Source: Candidatus Omnitrophota bacterium | GTDB lineage: Bacteria; Omnitrophota; Gorgyraeia; JAFGHF01 | Assembly (NCBI GenBank): GCA_042571705.1 | Contig: JBHPFV010000001.1 | Coordinates: 46,630-110,629, forward strand | Direction: 5' to 3' | Length of the DNA stretch: 64,000 nt | In this document: one piece after another, positions 59,619 through 64,000 of the stretch | How positions within the stretch are numbered: the stretch's first letter is position 1 | Layout: every line of letters begins with the position of its first letter | Translations under genes and position numbers: made by a program | Notes under the pieces: generated by a model | What the model was told of the DNA's origin: nothing | Seen by the model: only the letters and a program-made list of their open reading frames with translations | Database searches by the model: none

Positions 59619-61283
59619 ATGAAAAGATTAATGCTGACGATGTTAATTTTGTGTGTTGCGGTGAATGTGACGTCTTGTGCCAAGCAGGATGTTGAGCAAA
59701 AGGCCGTGGTCAAAATGGAGCAGGCTGTTGAGCAGTTGGCCGCGGTCAAAGCGCAACTGCGTGAGGTAGAAAAAGAGCTGGCTGCTAAAGATTCGGCTCA
59801 AACAGAGGCCCTGGTTTATCTGAATGTGGCCGAGGTTTCAGTTTCTTCTTTTGACAGCACCCCGGACTGGGCCCCGCCGCCGGAACCAGAGGCGGTCATC
59901 GACGGCAGCTTACTCAGCCGATGGTCATCTGACTATAAGGACAACCAGTGGGTCCGCCTGGATTTCGGTAAACCTAAAGTTTTATCTAAGCTGACCATAT
60001 TCTGGGAAGCGGCCTATGCCGTTGACTATGATGTTTTGACCTCTGAGGATGGCGCGAATTGGCAGCCGGTTTTATCTTTGAGCAATCAGGACGGAGGAAC
60101 TGACGAATTAGAGTTTGCCCCGACTCACTTAAGATACCTCAAAGTCCTGGTCAAGACCAGAGTGAACCCGCAATGGGGAGTTTCGGTCTGGGAGTTATTA
60201 TGTTTTGGCCCGCCGGAAGAAAACCCCACAGACAAATCGTTAGCCATTGTCTTTCCGCAATTAGCTAATCGTTTAAAAGGGGAAGAGGTCACCCAGATTA
60301 AATTGGACATCGAGACCCCGCAAGCTTCGCCGGGCGCGATATCGTTCGATGAATTTCAAAAAGGAGTAGTCTATACTTCCTGGAGCAATACCGAGTTAGG
60401 CACGGAGGCCTCGGATCGAACCTTGGAATACTTAAAAGAAATCGGCGTGACCTATTTGGGGATTATGGTGGTCTGGTATCAGGATGACATTGATTCCCAG
60501 ATTATCTTTCCTGATCCTAAAGATACACCGGAGGATCAGGCCTTAGTCCACGCGATTAATAAAGCCCATTCCCTGGGGATCAAGGTGATGCTTAAACCTC
60601 ACGTTGATGTTAAGACCGATCAATGGCGGGGAGACATTATTCCTTCCGCGGAATGGTTTGCCAGTTATAAGATGTTTATGACGCATTATGTGCGTCTGGC
60701 CGCTCAATATAATGTCGAGCTTTTCTCCGTCGGCACAGAGTTAGTCAATGTGACCATGCCCAAATGGCTTGGTCAGTGGGAGGCATTGATTGATGAGATC
60801 AAAGGGCTCTACTCGGGACTTTTGGTTTATTCGGCCAACTGGGATGAGTATCAGGATGTAGGTTTTTGGCACAAGCTGGATTTTATCGGCATTGACGCCT
60901 ATTTTCCGCTGACCGAAAAGAAAGACCCGACCAAGGATGAGCTGATTGCCAGCTGGCATAGCCACGCCCAAGGCATCGAGCAGTGGCTAAAACAGAAAAA
61001 AATTAATAAGCCGATAATATTTACGGAGGTCGGTTATTGCAGCGCTGATGGAACTAACACTCAGCCCTGGGCGGTACTGAGTAATCTCTCCGAGGCCTTT
61101 ATTGACCAGGAAGAACAAGCCAGTTGTCTGGACGCAATGTTAATGGCCGGCAGAAAATATCCCTGGTTCAAGGGTTTCTATTGGTGGAACTTCTTTCCGC
61201 AGCGCAGGTGGTCACCGCTGGGATACACCATCCGCGGCAAAGAAGCTGAAGTCGTGTTTGTCAACTGGATGAAGAAATTGTAA
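59619..61283 (+). CDS. Lipoprotein with an F5/8 type C (discoidin) domain and a TIM-barrel glycoside-hydrolase-like domain
   Basis: Signal/lipobox MKRLMLTMLILCVAVNVTSC. Discoidin-like DGSLLSRWSS..WVRLDFG..LKVLV. C-terminal KPHVDV..WRGDI, VGTELV, ANWDE, GIDAYFPL and FTEVGYCS. GH family not assignable by eye. Confidence 0.65.
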   Translation: MKRLMLTMLILCVAVNVTSCAKQDVEQKAVVKMEQAVEQLAAVKAQLREVEKELAAKDSAQTEALVYLNVAEVSVSSFDSTPDWAPPPEPEAVIDGSLLSRWSSDYKDNQWVRLDFGKPKVLSKLTIFWEAAYAVDYDVLTSEDGANWQPVLSLSNQDGGTDELEFAPTHLRYLKVLVKTRVNPQWGVSVWELLCFGPPEENPTDKSLAIVFPQLANRLKGEEVTQIKLDIETPQASPGAISFDEFQKGVVYTSWSNTELGTEASDRTLEYLKEIGVTYLGIMVVWYQDDIDSQIIFPDPKDTPEDQALVHAINKAHSLGIKVMLKPHVDVKTDQWRGDIIPSAEWFASYKMFMTHYVRLAAQYNVELFSVGTELVNVTMPKWLGQWEALIDEIKGLYSGLLVYSANWDEYQDVGFWHKLDFIGIDAYFPLTEKKDPTKDELIASWHSHAQGIEQWLKQKKINKPIIFTEVGYCSADGTNTQPWAVLSNLSEAFIDQEEQASCLDAMLMAGRKYPWFKGFYWWNFFPQRRWSPLGYTIRGKEAEVVFVNWMKKL

Positions 61284-61304
61284 AAAGGAGGCAGAAGAAT
61301 AGCG

Positions 61305-62051
61305 ATGAAGAAGAATTTACCTTATTTCCTAGTGATCGCGGCCTTGATTTTTTTGATCGCCGCGGTGTTGCTTTCGGGAGAAAAAGAGGGCCACTCAATT
61401 ATGGAGGAGTTTGATGTCATAGCCAGCGAACAGACCCCCGACCTGGTTGAGGCCTACAATTTTGCGCAGGTGAAGGCAGAAACTCAAGCTACCGAGGTGC
61501 TCGAACAAGCGGTGATTAAACAAAAGCAGCGGGAGAAGAAAATCCTGTTCGGCTTTGAGGATAAGGCTGATATGTGGGAGATCCCAGATTGGGCTTATGA
61601 GAAGGATGATTATGTCGGGGACAACATCACCATTTCGGACAAATTCGCCAAAGAAGGCCAATCTTCTTTAGAATTATTGACTGATTTCCCCGGAGCCAAA
61701 TGGACCGCGGCCTATTTAGAGACCCAGGCCTATTTTGACTGGACGCCGCATCAAACTGTTTCCGCGGATGTGTTTCTACCCGCCGATGCCCCGTTTGGCT
61801 TAAAGGCCAAAATAATCCTGACCGTAGGTGAGGAATGGAAATGGACCGAGATGAGCCGGTTTGTGAAATTAGTTCCCGGAGAGTGGGTAACGATCACCGC
61901 CAGCCTTTATCCCGGAACCACTGATTGGCGCAAGACCGAAGTTACTGATGAATTTCGCGGCGATGTGCGCAAGATGGGCATCCGGATCGCCTCCAACATG
62001 CAGCCCAAATACAGGGGTCCGATTTATATTGACAATGTAACTCTCGAATAA
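61305..62051 (+). CDS. Secreted/anchored carbohydrate-binding-module-like beta-sandwich protein
   Basis: N-terminal anchor LPYFLVIAALIFLIAAVLL. C-terminus ...MGIRIASN..GPIYIDNVTLE is typical of CBM-like domains. Confidence 0.4.
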   Translation: MKKNLPYFLVIAALIFLIAAVLLSGEKEGHSIMEEFDVIASEQTPDLVEAYNFAQVKAETQATEVLEQAVIKQKQREKKILFGFEDKADMWEIPDWAYEKDDYVGDNITISDKFAKEGQSSLELLTDFPGAKWTAAYLETQAYFDWTPHQTVSADVFLPADAPFGLKAKIILTVGEEWKWTEMSRFVKLVPGEWVTITASLYPGTTDWRKTEVTDEFRGDVRKMGIRIASNMQPKYRGPIYIDNVTLE

Positions 62052-62079
62052 AGTTAAAAACATCTTTTAAGGAGCTGTA

Positions 62080-63279
62080 ATGAAAAAGCAGAGTCTGTAT
62101 ATTATTATTGGAATAGTTATTATTTTTGCTTTGGGTATATTAGTAGGAAAGATAGATTTTGAGCGGCCGGTTAAGCAGCTGGCAACTGTGCCGGTTCAGT
62201 CAGCGGTTGAAACCGCGCCAGTTGCGCAAGTTGCGCCTGTGGCCGAGCCCGAAGCTGTTGAGCCCGAAGCTGTCCAGCCGGTTCAGGCGCCGCCAGTAAC
62301 TAAGACTGTTGAGGTTCAGAAAGGGATTTGCTATATTGCCTGGACGGAAAAAGGCTACAGCAATGTCAATTCTGCCAAGTCGATGGAGCAACTCAGCGGC
62401 TTAGGCGTGAACTGGGTTTCTTTAAGCCCGCTTTGGTTTCAGAACGCCTACGATTCTACGGACATCTATCCGCTGAAGCAGAAGACCGCCTCTGATGAGA
62501 GCCTGATCTTCGCGATAGAAAAATTCCATAGTTTAAATATCAAGGTGATGCTGAAGCCGCATCTGGACGTTATTGATGTCGATGGCGGCAGATGGCGGGG
62601 AGATATCTCGTTTCCTAATCAGGCCGACTGGCAGGCCTGGTTTGAGAATTACACCGAGTTTATACTGCATTATGCCCGCTTGGCCCAACAACGCGGCGTG
62701 CAGATGTTTTGTGTGGGTACAGAATTGAGCAATGCCAGCGTTAATCAACCCCAACTGTGGCGTGAGCTGATTAAGCAGGTCCGAGAGGTATATAAAGGTT
62801 GTTTGACTTATGCCGCCAACTGGCACGAAGAATTTGATTATATTGAATTTTGGGATCAGCTGGATTATGCCGCTATCGATCCCTATTTTCCTTTAGTCAG
62901 TTCGGACAAACCTACTAAGGAACAATTAGTCGAGGTCTGGAAAGGCTGGTTTCAGATGGTTGAGAACTGGCAAAAACAGATCGATAAACCGGTAATCTTT
63001 GCTGAAGCGGGGTACAAGAGCGCGGTCGGGGCCACTGATGAACCCTGGAAACATTCTCCGCCCGGGCCGGTAGATTTGCAGTTGCAGGCCGATTGTTATC
63101 AGGCGTTATTGGAAACATTCTATGAGCAGCCCTGGTTTTATGGCGTCTATTGGTGGTATTGGGGCGTCAACCCCAAAATGGGCGGTGAACTTCACCGCGG
63201 GTTTACTCCGCAAAATAAACCGGCCCAGGAAGTGATCAGGCAGTGGTATAGCAAGCCGGTTGGAGAGAAACAATATTAG
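62080..63279 (+). CDS. TIM-barrel glycoside-hydrolase-like protein (paralog of the 59619..61283 C-terminal domain)
   Basis: KPHLDV..WRGDI, VGTELS, ANWHEE, AIDPYFPL and FAEAGYKS are colinear with the upstream paralog. N-terminal signal anchor present. Confidence 0.65.
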   Translation: MKKQSLYIIIGIVIIFALGILVGKIDFERPVKQLATVPVQSAVETAPVAQVAPVAEPEAVEPEAVQPVQAPPVTKTVEVQKGICYIAWTEKGYSNVNSAKSMEQLSGLGVNWVSLSPLWFQNAYDSTDIYPLKQKTASDESLIFAIEKFHSLNIKVMLKPHLDVIDVDGGRWRGDISFPNQADWQAWFENYTEFILHYARLAQQRGVQMFCVGTELSNASVNQPQLWRELIKQVREVYKGCLTYAANWHEEFDYIEFWDQLDYAAIDPYFPLVSSDKPTKEQLVEVWKGWFQMVENWQKQIDKPVIFAEAGYKSAVGATDEPWKHSPPGPVDLQLQADCYQALLETFYEQPWFYGVYWWYWGVNPKMGGELHRGFTPQNKPAQEVIRQWYSKPVGEKQY

Positions 63280-63319
63280 GAGCTTTTTGTTGAGGTTTTG
63301 GCTACGGTTGTAGCTATAA

Positions 63320-63366
63320 CTGGGAACAGTTCCCAGATTGGGTGAATAATCTGGAGGAACAGTTCC
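63320..63366. promoter_or_regulatory. Pair of GGAACAGTTCC palindromes (candidate operator) upstream of the GH94 gene
   Basis: ctgggaacagttcccag (63320-36, a 17-nt palindrome) and ggaacagttcc (63356-66), with centres 33 bp apart, in the 109-nt gap before GTG 63389. Confidence 0.45.
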
Positions 63367-63388
63367 GCAGGCAGAGGTGGTAGATGAA

Positions 63389-64000
63389 GTGAAGTACGGA
63401 TATTTTGATGAACAGAATAAAGAATATGTGATCACCCGGCCGGATACTCCTTCACCGTGGATTAACTATTTAGGCTTGGATGAATATTGCGCGATGATCT
63501 CTAATACCGCCGGGGGCTATAGCTTCCATAAGGACCCCCGCGATAAACGGATCCTGCGCTATCGTTACAACAATCTGCCGGCGGACCGCCCGGGAAGATA
63601 TCTCTATCTGCGCGATAATAAAGATAAGGATTTCTGGTCTTGTTCCTGGCAGCCGGTGGGTAAGCCGCTTTCTAAGTTTCAATACCAATGCCGTCATGGC
63701 TTAGGTTACACTAAGATTAGCGCTGAGTATAAAGCTGTCAAAAGCGAAGTGACCTATTTTGTGCCGGAGAAGGAACACCTGGAGATTTGGATCTTAAGCT
63801 TGCAAAATTTAGGCAAGAAAACAAAGGACTTATCGCTGTTTTCATATATCGAATTCTGTCTTTGGCAGGCGGTAGCCGACTCGCATGACTTTCAATATAC
63901 CTTAAATATCGCTAATGCCCGCTGCGAACAGGGGATCATCTATCATTTAACTAATTATTACCCCAAGGCAGGTTTGGATTCTTTGGCTTATTTTGGCGCC
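63389..64000 (+). CDS. GH94 cellobiose/cellodextrin/chitobiose phosphorylase-like, 5' partial (runs off the window)
   Basis: (M)KYGYFDEQNKEYVITRPDTPSPWINYLG..YCAMISNTAGGYSF..RYRYNNLPADRPGRYLYLRD matches the GH94 N-terminus. GTG start with GAGGTG 9 nt upstream. Not in the ORF track because no stop falls within the window. Confidence 0.75.
   Translation, partial: MKYGYFDEQNKEYVITRPDTPSPWINYLGLDEYCAMISNTAGGYSFHKDPRDKRILRYRYNNLPADRPGRYLYLRDNKDKDFWSCSWQPVGKPLSKFQYQCRHGLGYTKISAEYKAVKSEVTYFVPEKEHLEIWILSLQNLGKKTKDLSLFSYIEFCLWQAVADSHDFQYTLNIANARCEQGIIYHLTNYYPKAGLDSLAYFGA

Noticed and set aside
1-64000. tRNA, rRNA, tmRNA, transposase or IS elements
   Set aside because: I scanned by eye for cloverleaf-like GC-rich 70-90-nt units, rRNA signatures, DDE transposase motifs and terminal inverted repeats flanking ORFs, and found nothing convincing. 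A tRNAscan/Infernal run would be needed to be sure.

Overview
One uninterrupted + strand ORF fills most of the window (84..52988, 52,905 nt, 17,634 codons). Its frame is also open from nt 3 to 84, so the true 5' end may lie outside the window. By eye it reads as a chain of about 30 unrelated enzyme-like and regulator-like domains. These include NagB/LmbE, two kinase-like+CPBP protease pairs, a pterin-binding domain, two radical SAM domains, ICMT, two GH130-like domains, a sugar transferase, SAM methyltransferases, nucleotidyltransferases, two DUF71 PP-loop domains, a truncated NadC-like domain, a J-domain, an HPr-like domain, a REC-like domain and sigma-r4/HTH-like repeats. The domains are separated by about 25 copies of a junction conserved at both DNA and protein level. 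The junction has a [S/T]xLS[A/V][F/L]G[L/F]GGLG motif (three copies read PETLS), then a hydrophobic helix and a basic cluster, often followed by a second helix and an ADFEPLLGxGGxGLAMxG / MMGGIxD segment. This looks like a PEP-CTERM/GlyGly-CTERM-type sorting signal used internally and repeatedly. Five genuine-looking genes lie antisense inside the giant ORF: hicA, a relE/antitoxin pair and two paralogous coiled-coil genes. Each abuts the basic tail of a junction, and the coiled-coil genes and the relE/antitoxin operon have canonical TTGAC(A/T)-17-TATnnT promoters, yet the giant frame stays open through all of them. Just past the giant stop, a DUF433/DUF5615 TA pair is also crossed by an 867-nt stop-free antisense frame, shifted +1 from the giant frame. 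Several DNA repeats mark the junctions: a 91-bp perfect direct repeat, a roughly 190-bp repeat, an 82-nt two-stem palindrome and short inverted motifs. Downstream are three tandem PilZ genes and a carbohydrate locus with two Gfo/Idh/MocA genes, a sugar-phosphate isomerase-like TIM barrel, two ABC sugar permeases, discoidin/TIM-barrel glycosidase-like proteins, a CBM-like protein and a partial GH94 phosphorylase. I recognised no rRNA, tRNA, CRISPR array, transposase or integrase. The context resembles giant multi-TM genes described from uncultivated Omnitrophota, but I cannot verify the taxon. All domain calls rest on motif recognition by eye, and domain and junction coordinates are approximate (about +/-30 nt).
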